A stretch of DNA of 64,000 nt from an uncultured Clostridia bacterium (GTDB taxonomy: Bacteria > Bacillota > Clostridia > TANB77 > CAG-508), in the NCBI GenBank assembly GCA_947629045.1, contig CANRCF010000001.1, forward strand, positions 2,333-66,332. Reading direction: 5' to 3'. Below, in pieces: positions 19,049-28,277 of this stretch. A program made the position numbers and the translations under genes. The notes beneath the pieces were generated by a model. The model was not told where the DNA came from. It made no database searches and saw only the letters and a program-made list of their open reading frames with translations. Each line of letters opens with the position of its first letter. The stretch's first letter is position 1.

Positions 19049-19790
19049 TTAATCGTCATAACTTACATTTGCTAGGAATAATCCAGATGGAGGTAATGTT
19101 TTTCCTGCTTTCTTTCTATCTTTAGCATTTAAAATTTCTTTCATATCATCAGGTGTTTTTTCTCCTTTTCCTATTTCTACTAAGGTACCAGAAATTATGC
19201 GGACCATATTATATAAAAATCCATTGCCCGTAAGCTCAATTATAACTCTGTCTTGTTCTTTTATCACTTTTGCTTCATAAATAGTTCTAACACTGCTTTT
19301 ACTACTTGTACCACTAGATTTAAAACTGCTAAAATCATGTTCCCCTAAAAGATAATTAGCTGCTTTTTGCATTGCTTCAACATCTAATTTTTGTGGCACG
19401 TGATATGTTAAATTACGATAAATTGCTGTTCCTTGTTCTGAATTATCTATTATATACATATATGTTTTTTTATGGCAATGATAGCGACTATGAAATTCTT
19501 CGTCTACCTCTTCTACCTTTTTTATTCTAATTGATTTTTTTAATTTAGAGTTAATTGCAATAGCCATCTTTTCTAATGGAAAATCTGTATCTATTTTAAA
19601 ATTAGCAATTTGTGCAAAAGCATGAACTCCACTGTCAGTTCTGCCTGAGCCAATAAGCTCTACTTCTTTTCCAGTAACTGATTTTATGGCTTGTTCTATT
19701 TCTCCTTGAATATTTAATTTATTTGGCTGTTTTTGCCACCCGATTGAAATCTTTTCCGTCGTATTCAATTGTTAATTTTATATTTCTCAT
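19049..19790 (-). CDS. truA: tRNA pseudouridine(38-40) synthase TruA, N-terminal 16 codons in a different frame (break at CGG 19740-19742)
   Basis: ATG 19790 gives MRNIKLTIEYDGKDFN then CGG and a stop 6 codons later. Skipping the C gives ...YDGKDFNGWQKQPN..., the conserved TruA N-terminus. The rest matches (GRTDSGVHA, RSFLYNMVR-like GFLYNMVRI). Confidence 0.9.
19740..19742 (-). other. in-frame CGG at frame break (1-nt insertion or +1 recoding candidate)
   Basis: Minus strand ttc aat CGG gtg gca aaa aca gcc aaa taa. Reading aat-(c)-ggg tgg caa aaa cag gives N-G-W-Q-K-Q. Confidence 0.75.
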
Positions 19791-19800
19791 TTTTTTACCA

Positions 19801-19849
19801 TGACCTGTCCCTTTTAACCCAAAAATGGGGATTGGGACCAGGTCCCAAT
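19801..19849 (+). repeat. 49-nt GC-rich intergenic repeat, copy A
   Basis: TGACCTGTCCCTTTTAACCCAAAAATGGGGATTGGGACCAGGTCCCAAT. Contains the 19-bp perfect palindrome ATTGGGACC-A-GGTCCCAAT. Lies between the cdaA stop and the truA start. Confidence 0.8.
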
Positions 19850-19851
19850 CA

Positions 19852-20757
19852 TCACTTTTTTGTTTGTTTCTTTAATAATTTCTTTTTTATTGAAATTTTT
19901 CTTTTTGTTGCATTACCATCAAAACGTCTATTTACAACATTTTTCATTAATATATTTCTTAATGCATCTTCTTTTAAATCTACAAGTAATGTTCCATCTT
20001 TTGCAACTGAAATTTTTCCTGTTTCTTCTGACACAATAATTGCTATGGCATCAGTTTCTTTTGAAATTCCTAAACCTGCCCTATGCCTTGTTCCTATTTC
20101 TTTTGCAATTTCCTTGTCATCTGCAAGTGGTAAAATGCAAGCAGCTGCTATGATTTTATTTTTTGCTATAATTACTGCTCCATCATGTAATGGTGTATTT
20201 GGTGTAAATAAATTTACTAATAATTGTGGAGATACTTCTGCATTTACTGCAACACCTGTTTCTGCTATATCTGTTATCTGAATATCTCTTTCTATAACAA
20301 TTAGTCCACCTGTTTTAGTTTTTGCAAGTTCTGTTGCAGCTATTACAATTTTATAAATATCTTCTTTGGATTTTTTTAATAGGTCTTTATCTAGTCCAAA
20401 GTATTTCGTTATTTTATTAGTTCCTAATTGCTCTAACATTCTTCTTAATTCTGGTTGAAAAATAACAATAAGTGCTATTACACCATAAGGCATAAAGAAA
20501 TTTAATATAAAGTTTAATATTTTAAGCTCAAGTACTTGGCTAATTGCCATTACTATTAAAACTAAAATAATTCCTTTTAGTAATTGCCAAGCTCTCGTTT
20601 TCTTTGCATATACAATAAATTTATAAATTAGATAAGTAACAATTATCAAGTCTAATATTAGTGTAACTAACCTAAATGGATTATGTGTTAGCTCATTCAT
20701 ATAACTTATAAAAGGCTCTAAAATTGTACCATTATTAAATGTAGAATTTTCAAACAT
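19852..20757 (-). CDS. cdaA: diadenylate cyclase CdaA (DacA)
   Basis: Three N-terminal TM helices plus a DAC domain with TPLHDGAVII and GTRHRAGLGISKETDA. ATG 20757 (MFENS) has an AAGGAA RBS. The ORF-track frame opens at 20793. Confidence 0.9.
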   Translation of the reverse strand: MFENSTFNNGTILEPFISYMNELTHNPFRLVTLILDLIIVTYLIYKFIVYAKKTRAWQLLKGIILVLIVMAISQVLELKILNFILNFFMPYGVIALIVIFQPELRRMLEQLGTNKITKYFGLDKDLLKKSKEDIYKIVIAATELAKTKTGGLIVIERDIQITDIAETGVAVNAEVSPQLLVNLFTPNTPLHDGAVIIAKNKIIAAACILPLADDKEIAKEIGTRHRAGLGISKETDAIAIIVSEETGKISVAKDGTLLVDLKEDALRNILMKNVVNRRFDGNATKRKISIKKKLLKKQTKK

Positions 20758-20850
20758 AATTATTCCTTCTTTTGTTTTAAATTTTAAGTGCATGTTAATA
20801 ATTTTAATATCATAACATACACTTATTTAAATTTTAGATTTGAATTTATT

Positions 20851-20964
20851 TTAAATCAAACAATAAATTAGAGTTGCTACTACTGAAAGTAGCATCATTC
20901 CTATTAAGATTGCTGCAAGTATTCTACCACCTAATTTTTTTATATCTCTTTTATTTTTTGCCAT
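20851..20964 (-). CDS. possible 37-aa membrane peptide
   Basis: MAKNKRDIKKLGGRILAAILIGMMLLSVVATLIYCLI: basic head plus one TM helix. Below the ORF-track size cutoff, weak RBS. Confidence 0.3.
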   Translation of the reverse strand: MAKNKRDIKKLGGRILAAILIGMMLLSVVATLIYCLI

Positions 20965-21066
20965 TTTATTTTCATTCCTTTCATTTTTAGCTTAACTTTT
21001 TCAATTATTCAAATTTTTTGTTTTAAGTTTTTAATTACTCAAATTGATTTTTCTTTTAAATTTTTA

Positions 21067-21921
21067 TTATTGAAAGTTATATTGTTGCATAAGCCAACTT
21101 GTATAATCAAATGGATTTAGAGTTTTAGGAATTCCATAATCTACCCCATAAGTTTCTACTGTTATACTTTTTATTGCTGGTGCTTTTTTTGGTGTATTAG
21201 CATTGTATATTGTATTACCATTTGAGTCCTTTGGTAAGTCATCTTCTTCCGCATCTGTATATTCTCCATCTCTATAATAAACCTCTACATTTGCAACTTT
21301 ATCTATAATGTCCATTCCTTCTATTACTTTACCAAATGCTGCATAAAGACCATCTAATGAATTATTATCTTTAGTCATGATAAAAAATTGTGAACCTGCT
21401 GAATTATAACCATAAGTCGTAAGTTCTGAACTATATGAGCCATAATCAGACCTTGCCATTGATATAACTCCTCTTTCATGTTTTATATTATTTTTTGTAA
21501 ATCCGTTTGCAATAAATTCACCTGATATATTATAATTTTTATCTTCATTTGATTTATTTTCATCAACTGTATTATCATTTGCTTTTTGTATATCATCTCT
21601 AATATCACTTAATGATGGAGAACCTGTACCATTGCCATTCTTATCTCCACCTTGTATCATAAATTCTGGAACTGTTCTATGAAATGTAAGTCCATCATAA
21701 AATCCGCGATTTGCTAAGCGAATAAAATTAGCTACAGTGTTTGGAGCTTTATCTGGATATAACTCAATTTTCACTGTTCCAAAGCCTTCTATCTCCATTG
21801 TTGCCACTGGGTTTGGATAATTTACAGTTGCTTTTAAATAAAATCCATAACATACATAAGCTATTGCTGCTAATGCTAAAATAATTGCTAAAACTAATAT
21901 TATTTTTTTAAATACTTTCAT
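21067..21921 (-). CDS. membrane-anchored cyclophilin-type peptidyl-prolyl isomerase
   Basis: FHRTVPEFMIQGGD, MARS..GSQFFI cyclophilin motifs. AGGAGG precedes ATG 21921. Confidence 0.9.
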   Translation of the reverse strand: MKVFKKIILVLAIILALAAIAYVCYGFYLKATVNYPNPVATMEIEGFGTVKIELYPDKAPNTVANFIRLANRGFYDGLTFHRTVPEFMIQGGDKNGNGTGSPSLSDIRDDIQKANDNTVDENKSNEDKNYNISGEFIANGFTKNNIKHERGVISMARSDYGSYSSELTTYGYNSAGSQFFIMTKDNNSLDGLYAAFGKVIEGMDIIDKVANVEVYYRDGEYTDAEEDDLPKDSNGNTIYNANTPKKAPAIKSITVETYGVDYGIPKTLNPFDYTSWLMQQYNFQ

Positions 21922-21965
21922 GTTTCCTCCTAATTTTTTCATCGAATTTTTAGATTATTATATAA

Positions 21966-23045
21966 TTACAAAATTAAATTGTCAAATACAAATTGCTCTT
22001 GCATACGTTTTAATGACTGTTTAATAGTTCTAGCTCTTATTTCGCCAATTCCTTCTACTTCATCTAATTGTGGCAAATCTGCTGCTAAAATATGTTGGAA
22101 AGATTTGAATGATTTTACTAAATTATCCATAATATTTGCAGGCATTCTTGGCACTTTATTTAGAATTCTGTATCCTCTTGTGTATACTGCAACTTCATCA
22201 TAATTATCAAAGTCTGCATAGCCTAATAAATTGGCAATTTTTTCTAATGTCATTATATCTTCATATTCTAAGTTTCTAATTTCTGATAATATCTTCTCTG
22301 CAGTTTTTTTCTTGCCTGGTGCCATGTAATCTTTGATTATAAAAGTTTCTTCTATTTCTAAGTCTCCTATTAATTCTTCAAGTTGCATTTGAACTAATCT
22401 TCCTTCTTCACCAAGCTCGAAAATAGCCTTTTGAACTTCATCCACTACCTTCATTACCATTTCAGCACGTTGAATTGCATTTATTACATTTTCTAGTGTA
22501 ACAATATCATTAAATTCATATTCATTTAATAAATTTAGTTTGTTATCAAAAACTTTTTTATATTTCTCGACAGTTTGCAAGGCTTGATTTGCTTTTGAAA
22601 TTACGTCGTTTGTATTTTCTAATACATATCGAGCATTTCCTTTAAATATAGTAATTACACTTCTTCTTTGAGAAATACTAATTACTAAGGCTCCTGTTTG
22701 TTTTGCTGTACGTTCAGCAGTACGGTGCCTTGTACCTGTTTCTGTTGTAGGAATGCTAGAAGATGGTATTATTTGTGCATTTGCATAAAGAATCTTTTTT
22801 AAGTCCTCACTTATTACAATAGCACCATCCATTTTGGCAAGCTCATAAAGCCTAGAAGATGTATAGTCTACGTCTAATTCAAATCCACCATCTACTAAAT
22901 CTAAAATTTCTTTTGTATCTCCTATAACAATAAGTGCACCGGTTTTAGCCTTTAATATATTTTCTAATCCATCACGGATTGGTGTACCTGGTGCAATTAT
23001 TTTTAATACTTCTGTAATAACTGCATCTTCTTTTTTTGCTGACAT
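21966..23045 (-). CDS. disA: DNA integrity scanning protein DisA (diadenylate cyclase)
   Basis: DAC domain (GALIVIGD, DGAIVIS, GTRHRTAERTA) plus C-terminal HhH (GIGEIRARTIKQSL). Conserved radA-disA pairing. Confidence 0.93.
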   Translation of the reverse strand: MSAKKEDAVITEVLKIIAPGTPIRDGLENILKAKTGALIVIGDTKEILDLVDGGFELDVDYTSSRLYELAKMDGAIVISEDLKKILYANAQIIPSSSIPTTETGTRHRTAERTAKQTGALVISISQRRSVITIFKGNARYVLENTNDVISKANQALQTVEKYKKVFDNKLNLLNEYEFNDIVTLENVINAIQRAEMVMKVVDEVQKAIFELGEEGRLVQMQLEELIGDLEIEETFIIKDYMAPGKKKTAEKILSEIRNLEYEDIMTLEKIANLLGYADFDNYDEVAVYTRGYRILNKVPRMPANIMDNLVKSFKSFQHILAADLPQLDEVEGIGEIRARTIKQSLKRMQEQFVFDNLIL

Positions 23046-23065
23046 TTTGAGCCTCCCTTATTATT

Positions 23066-23114
23066 ATTGGGACCAGGTCCGCTTTCCCATTTTTGAGGTA
23101 CTTGGGACAGGTCA
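23066..23114 (-). repeat. 49-nt GC-rich intergenic repeat, copy B (inverted relative to A and C)
   Basis: Reverse complement reads TGACCTGTCCCAAGTACCTCAAAAATGGGAAAGCGGACCTGGTCCCAAT. Lies between the radA stop and the disA RBS. Confidence 0.8.
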
Positions 23115-23139
23115 GTTTTTCTTATACTATATTTTACTA

Positions 23140-24498
23140 TTATTTAAGTCCTGCTGCTTTCATCGCATCATTTATGTTTCTGACGCCTATTATATCTAAT
23201 TTATAACTATCTTTCAATAGTTTTTTATTACTTTCAGGTATAATGCAAGTTTTAAAGCCTAATTTTTCCGCTTCTTTTAATCTTTTATCTATTAAATTAA
23301 CTGCTCTTATTTCTCCTGTTAAGCCTACTTCGCCCATTGCAACAGTAGTTTTGGAAATAGGTATATTTTTAAAGCTTGATGCTACTGCAAGTACCATTCC
23401 TAAGTCTACCGCTGGTTCGTTTATATGTATTCCACTTACAACATTTAAGTAAATGTCTTGTGCGCCTAGTGCTAAACCTACCTTTTTTTCTAAAACTGCT
23501 ACTAAAAGTGTAAGCCTATTATAATCAATTCCATTTGCAGTTCTTCGTGGAAGACCAAATACGCTTGGAGTAGTTAATGCTTGAAGCTCAATTAAAAGTG
23601 GCCTTGTTCCCTCCATACTTGCTACAATTATAGAGCCTGCGGGGTTATCTTCTCTTTCTGAAATTAATACTGAGGATGGATTTGTAATTTCCACCATTCC
23701 TTCACTTTGCATTTCAAACATACCAATTTCATTAGTAGACCCAAAACGATTTTTTACGCCTCTTAAAATACGATAAGAAAAATATCTTTCTCCTTCTATG
23801 TAAAGTACTGTATCTACCATGTGTTCTAATACTCTAGGTCCTGCAATATTACCATCTTTGGTAACATGACCTATTATAATAGTAGTTATTTCGTTGCCTT
23901 TGCACACTCTCATTATACGAGCTGTAATTTCACGAACTTGGCTTACTGTGCCTGCTGCTGATGAAATTTCATCAGAATACATGGTTTGAATTGAATCTAT
24001 AATTACTAATTTAGGCTTTAATTCTAAAATGTTATTTTCTATTATTTCAATATCTGTTTCTCCTAAAAATAGAATATTTTCATTATGAATTCCAAGCCTA
24101 TCTGCTCTTAGCTTTATTTGCTCTGCTGATTCCTCACCTGAAACATATAAAACCTTGCCTTCTCCACCCATTTTATCACATAGTTGTAAAATAAGAGTAG
24201 ACTTTCCAATTCCTGGCTCACCACCTACTAAAACTAAAGAACCTTTTACCAAGCCTCCACCTAGAACTCTATCTAGCTCTCCTATTCCAGTATGTGTACG
24301 CACAGCATCTTTTCCTATTACTTCATTTAAAGGCTTTGGTGTAACCACCTTTTTTTCAGAAAGTTTACTGCTTGGCCCATTTGATACCTTTTCTTCATAA
24401 AAACTATTCCATTCATTACAGCCCGGGCATTTGCCTAACCATTTTGTAGACTCATACCCGCAACTGCTACATACAAATATTGTTTTAGCTTTTGCCAT
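23140..24498 (-). CDS. radA: DNA repair protein RadA/Sms
   Basis: CSSCGYES..CPGCNEWN zinc finger, GEPGIGKSTL Walker A, KNRFG motif, Lon-like C-terminal domain. Confidence 0.95.
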   Translation of the reverse strand: MAKAKTIFVCSSCGYESTKWLGKCPGCNEWNSFYEEKVSNGPSSKLSEKKVVTPKPLNEVIGKDAVRTHTGIGELDRVLGGGLVKGSLVLVGGEPGIGKSTLILQLCDKMGGEGKVLYVSGEESAEQIKLRADRLGIHNENILFLGETDIEIIENNILELKPKLVIIDSIQTMYSDEISSAAGTVSQVREITARIMRVCKGNEITTIIIGHVTKDGNIAGPRVLEHMVDTVLYIEGERYFSYRILRGVKNRFGSTNEIGMFEMQSEGMVEITNPSSVLISEREDNPAGSIIVASMEGTRPLLIELQALTTPSVFGLPRRTANGIDYNRLTLLVAVLEKKVGLALGAQDIYLNVVSGIHINEPAVDLGMVLAVASSFKNIPISKTTVAMGEVGLTGEIRAVNLIDKRLKEAEKLGFKTCIIPESNKKLLKDSYKLDIIGVRNINDAMKAAGLK

Positions 24499-24576
24499 TT
24501 ATTTTTTCTCCTTTTTTCCTTTAAGTAATTTTTTTCATTAGTTCACTTTATTTTTATTGGAGATTATTTTAACAAT

Positions 24577-26523
24577 TTATTTTCCTGCTTCTAGTATGAA
24601 CATTGCATGTGCCCATGCTAAGCCATTTACCCAAGCAGGTCCCATAGTTTGGTTATCAACTTGCTCTGAAATAAAGCCATGCTCATTTGCAGTATTTACA
24701 ACATATTCAATACACTCTTTGGCTTTTCTTCTTTCACCAGATGCATTGTAATACATAGACATCCAAAGAGTAGCTACTGTCCATGGATTTTTTCCTTCTA
24801 AGTAGTGGTCTCCTTCAAATCTTAAATATCCACCTGTATATGTTCTAAGTGTTAAATTTATTTTTTCTACTGTGTTTTGTACTTTTTTCTCCTTTGGTGA
24901 AAATAGATTAAATGGCACAACAATTCCTAATTCACTTATATCTGTTTGGTGGTCATTTAAGTTTCTTAAAAATGTTTTTGTATTTTCATCATATAAGTTT
25001 TGTAATATGTATTTTTTAATTTCTTCTTGATATTTAATTATTCTAGCTTCTAATTTATTCATTGCTTCTACTTTTAGACGATTTTTTTGCTCATATTCTG
25101 GTTTTAAGATAGCTTGCATTTCTATCATTGCACCAAAAGCTGCATATATTGCAGATAATGAATATAAATGTACACCCTCATGCATTTCCCATAAGTCGTA
25201 ACTTACTGGCAACTTGTTTCTTTCTTCTGTATGATAGCTTTTTTCAATTTCATTTTTTACTACATCTGATTCATCTTTTGTGCCCAGTATATTGTCTAAA
25301 TATATTTCCAAGAATTTAGTAGCATTTTCACACATTTTATATGCATCTTTTAAAAACTTTATTTCTTTTACTGATTTATAATGTTCATATACACCATATA
25401 TAACACTTGCAGTTTCGTCTATTTGATAGCCCCAGCAAGGTGCTAGTCTTCCGTCAGTATAGAATCTTTGCTCCCACATACCATTTTTGCTTTGTGTTTC
25501 TTTGCAAAATACTTTATAAAATTTTTCTGCTTCTTTTGTCATTTTTATTGTGTCTAATGCTTTTGTTACAAATACAGCATCTCTAGGCCAGCAGTATGAA
25601 TATCTACCGCACATACTTCTTTGCTCGTCTACTTCTACTGCTGCAGAAATTCCACCTGTTTCTGCATTTATTAATAGTGGGAATAGTAAAATACTTCTTT
25701 GATATATTTTATTTACCTTTTTGTTGTAAGAGGTTGTTTCTGGAAGTAATTGAAAAGATAGATGCTCTTTAACATATTTTTTCCAATACTTTTCTACAGT
25801 TTCTTCTTCTTTTACTATATCCATCTTTTTAAATTGTGCAATTTTCTTTTCTAATTCTTCTTCTGTTAGCTTTATGCTATTTTCTCTAAAATACAAATAA
25901 ACTACTAATTCTTTTTTATCTCCAGGTTTTAGAATACCAATATCATAGCTTACACTAGAGTCTGATGACATTCCAATATAATCTTTATCTTGCACTTCTC
26001 CACTTGAAATGTTTTCTTTTGTGTCATTTAATTGATAGCTAAGAAGTGGGCTTTTTGAAAATGTGTACATTGTATAATCATGGCAATATTGCACTAATGT
26101 ATTTTGCTTTATTTCTGAACCCACCATATTATTATAGTCTGATAATAAGGTTGCATGAATTAAGAAATTTACATTTAAATCAATTGAATTTTTATTTTCA
26201 AATTGATATTTTTTTACAAGTACATTTTCTTTTAGCAAGCAGAAATCTGTTTGTTTTATATGTAACATGAAATAATTATTTATTATTTCAGTATTTAATA
26301 TATTAGTATTTTCTGTATAATACTGTTTATATTGATTGTTTATATCTTCATGTAAATAGATTAATCCTGAATCGTTTATCTTTACACCTGTTTTATATTC
26401 ATCTACCCAGCTTTTAAAATCAGGTGATGGATACATTACTCTTAATAATTCTCCTGTTTTTGTATAGCTTGCCGTTATATTTTTTCCACCTATTATGGCA
26501 TAATTATCATACTTTGTTTTCAT
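24577..26523 (-). CDS. glycoside hydrolase family 15 (glucoamylase-like) protein
   Basis: N-terminal beta-domain plus an (alpha/alpha)6-like domain with YCWPRDA, DLWEMH and GLAWAHAMF motifs. Confidence 0.75.
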   Translation of the reverse strand: MKTKYDNYAIIGGKNITASYTKTGELLRVMYPSPDFKSWVDEYKTGVKINDSGLIYLHEDINNQYKQYYTENTNILNTEIINNYFMLHIKQTDFCLLKENVLVKKYQFENKNSIDLNVNFLIHATLLSDYNNMVGSEIKQNTLVQYCHDYTMYTFSKSPLLSYQLNDTKENISSGEVQDKDYIGMSSDSSVSYDIGILKPGDKKELVVYLYFRENSIKLTEEELEKKIAQFKKMDIVKEEETVEKYWKKYVKEHLSFQLLPETTSYNKKVNKIYQRSILLFPLLINAETGGISAAVEVDEQRSMCGRYSYCWPRDAVFVTKALDTIKMTKEAEKFYKVFCKETQSKNGMWEQRFYTDGRLAPCWGYQIDETASVIYGVYEHYKSVKEIKFLKDAYKMCENATKFLEIYLDNILGTKDESDVVKNEIEKSYHTEERNKLPVSYDLWEMHEGVHLYSLSAIYAAFGAMIEMQAILKPEYEQKNRLKVEAMNKLEARIIKYQEEIKKYILQNLYDENTKTFLRNLNDHQTDISELGIVVPFNLFSPKEKKVQNTVEKINLTLRTYTGGYLRFEGDHYLEGKNPWTVATLWMSMYYNASGERRKAKECIEYVVNTANEHGFISEQVDNQTMGPAWVNGLAWAHAMFILEAGK

Positions 26524-26539
26524 TTGTTTCTCCCTTTTT

Positions 26540-28192
26540 TTAGTTTTTCTCTACAATTCTTACAATTTGTTCTTCTATTTCGTTTAATCTTAATTTTAAT
26601 AAATTAATGCTACTATCAGTTGCTTCGTCTGTTAAGTATTCTTCTTTTACTATGTTTTCCATGTCTTGTAATTCTGCCTTTAAGGTCTTCATTTTCTCTA
26701 AAATGTCTCGTTTTTCTATAATCTCATCTTCGTCTTTAACTTTTACTGTTTGTTCTACTTTAAGTGTGTCGTCTAATGTGTATGTTTGACCATATTCTGG
26801 TACGCTAACTGGTATATTTATTGTTTCTAAAATTTTTCTTTTTAATACTTCTTGGCCTTCTGGCTCGCCATGTACTAAAAATATGTGCTTTGGTTTTGTT
26901 ATAAATGAATATATAAAGTTTAAAAGCCATTCTTGGTCTGCATGTCCTGAGTAACCTTCAATGTACTCTATTCTAGCATTTACTGCAATTTCTTCTCCAA
27001 AGATTTTTACCATTTTTTCGCCTTCTACTAATCTTCTTCCTAAAGTTCCTGCTGCTTGGTAGCCAACAAATAAAATGGTGCTATTAGGATCCCACAAATG
27101 GTGCTTTAAATGGTGCTTTATTCTACCAACTTCACACATACCGCTTGCAGAAATTATAATTGCAGATTCATTTTTCTCATTTAATGCTTTTGATTCTTCT
27201 GCTGTTTTTGTAAATTGAAGACCCGGAAATTCTAGTGGATTATCTCCTGACTGAATAAGTGCCTGAGTTTCTTCATCAAATAGGTTTGCATTTTTTCTAA
27301 ATATTTCTGTCGCTGAAATTGCAAGTGGGCTATCTACATAAACTGGCGCATTCATTAAAGTTCTATATTTTTTATTAAATTCCTCGTCATCTTTTTTGCC
27401 TTTTAGTCCATTTAATTCATATAAAATTTCTTGTGTTCTTCCTACTGCAAATGATGGAATTACGACTGTTCCGCCTTTATCTAATGTTTCTGCAACAATG
27501 TTTAAAAACATGGTTGCCTTGTCATCATTTCTTAAATGAAGCCTTGATCCATAAGTAGATTCCATTACTAAATAATCTGCATTATCTATCATTGTAGGTG
27601 ATGAAAGTAATGGAATATCATTATTGCCTAAGTCTCCCGTAAATACTGCTTTTGTTTGTTTTCCATCTTCTACTACCCAAATTTCAATGATTGCAGAGCC
27701 TAACATGTGGCCTGCGTCATTAAAACGAACGTGTATATTAGGGTCTATTTCAATTATTTCGTCATAATTTACAGGTTTAAAAATTTCCATAGAGTTTATT
27801 GCATCTTGTGCTGTATAAAGTGGTGGAAGTGCCGGCTTTCCTTCCCTCATTCTTTTTCTATTTCTCCACTCAATTTCTTGTTCTTGTATATGTCCACTAT
27901 CTGGAAGCATTATTGAGCATAAGTCAACCGTTGCTTTTGTTGCAATTATTGGGTTTCTGTAACCTTCTACATATAGTTTTGGTATTCTTCCTGAATGGTC
28001 TATATGTGCGTGTGTAAGTAACATGAAGTCTATTTCATTTACATCAAAATCAAATGGTTTATTGTTTCTATCTTCTTCTTTGCTACTTCCTTGGTACATT
28101 CCACAATCTACTAAAAACTTTTTGCCTGCTCCTTCTACTAAAAAGTTAGAGCCTGTTACAGTTTTTGTTGCACCTAAAAATGTAATTTTCAT
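26540..28192 (-). CDS. MBL-fold beta-CASP family ribonuclease/hydrolase
   Basis: LLTHAHIDHSGRIP (HxHxDH), beta-CASP region, YSGHADQ motif. C-terminal coiled-coil tail. Confidence 0.8.
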   Translation of the reverse strand: MKITFLGATKTVTGSNFLVEGAGKKFLVDCGMYQGSSKEEDRNNKPFDFDVNEIDFMLLTHAHIDHSGRIPKLYVEGYRNPIIATKATVDLCSIMLPDSGHIQEQEIEWRNRKRMREGKPALPPLYTAQDAINSMEIFKPVNYDEIIEIDPNIHVRFNDAGHMLGSAIIEIWVVEDGKQTKAVFTGDLGNNDIPLLSSPTMIDNADYLVMESTYGSRLHLRNDDKATMFLNIVAETLDKGGTVVIPSFAVGRTQEILYELNGLKGKKDDEEFNKKYRTLMNAPVYVDSPLAISATEIFRKNANLFDEETQALIQSGDNPLEFPGLQFTKTAEESKALNEKNESAIIISASGMCEVGRIKHHLKHHLWDPNSTILFVGYQAAGTLGRRLVEGEKMVKIFGEEIAVNARIEYIEGYSGHADQEWLLNFIYSFITKPKHIFLVHGEPEGQEVLKRKILETINIPVSVPEYGQTYTLDDTLKVEQTVKVKDEDEIIEKRDILEKMKTLKAELQDMENIVKEEYLTDEATDSSINLLKLRLNEIEEQIVRIVEKN

Positions 28193-28277
28193 ACTTTTGT
28201 TTTTCCTTTCTACATTTAGATAAACTTTATTACTATTTACAGCTTTTTATTTTGGTACTATAAATTTTATCTAATTT

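Noticed and set aside
19769-20281. 170-aa plus-strand ORF, and similar long plus-strand ORFs at 38791..39201, 31341..31745, 32064..32456, 9848..10225, 43771..44148 and 46305..46706
   Set aside because: All lie antisense to strongly supported minus-strand genes (cdaA, mutL, ftsK, alaS, mtaB and others). They have low-complexity Ser/Phe/Leu-rich translations and no RBS. They are typical shadow ORFs in AT-rich DNA.
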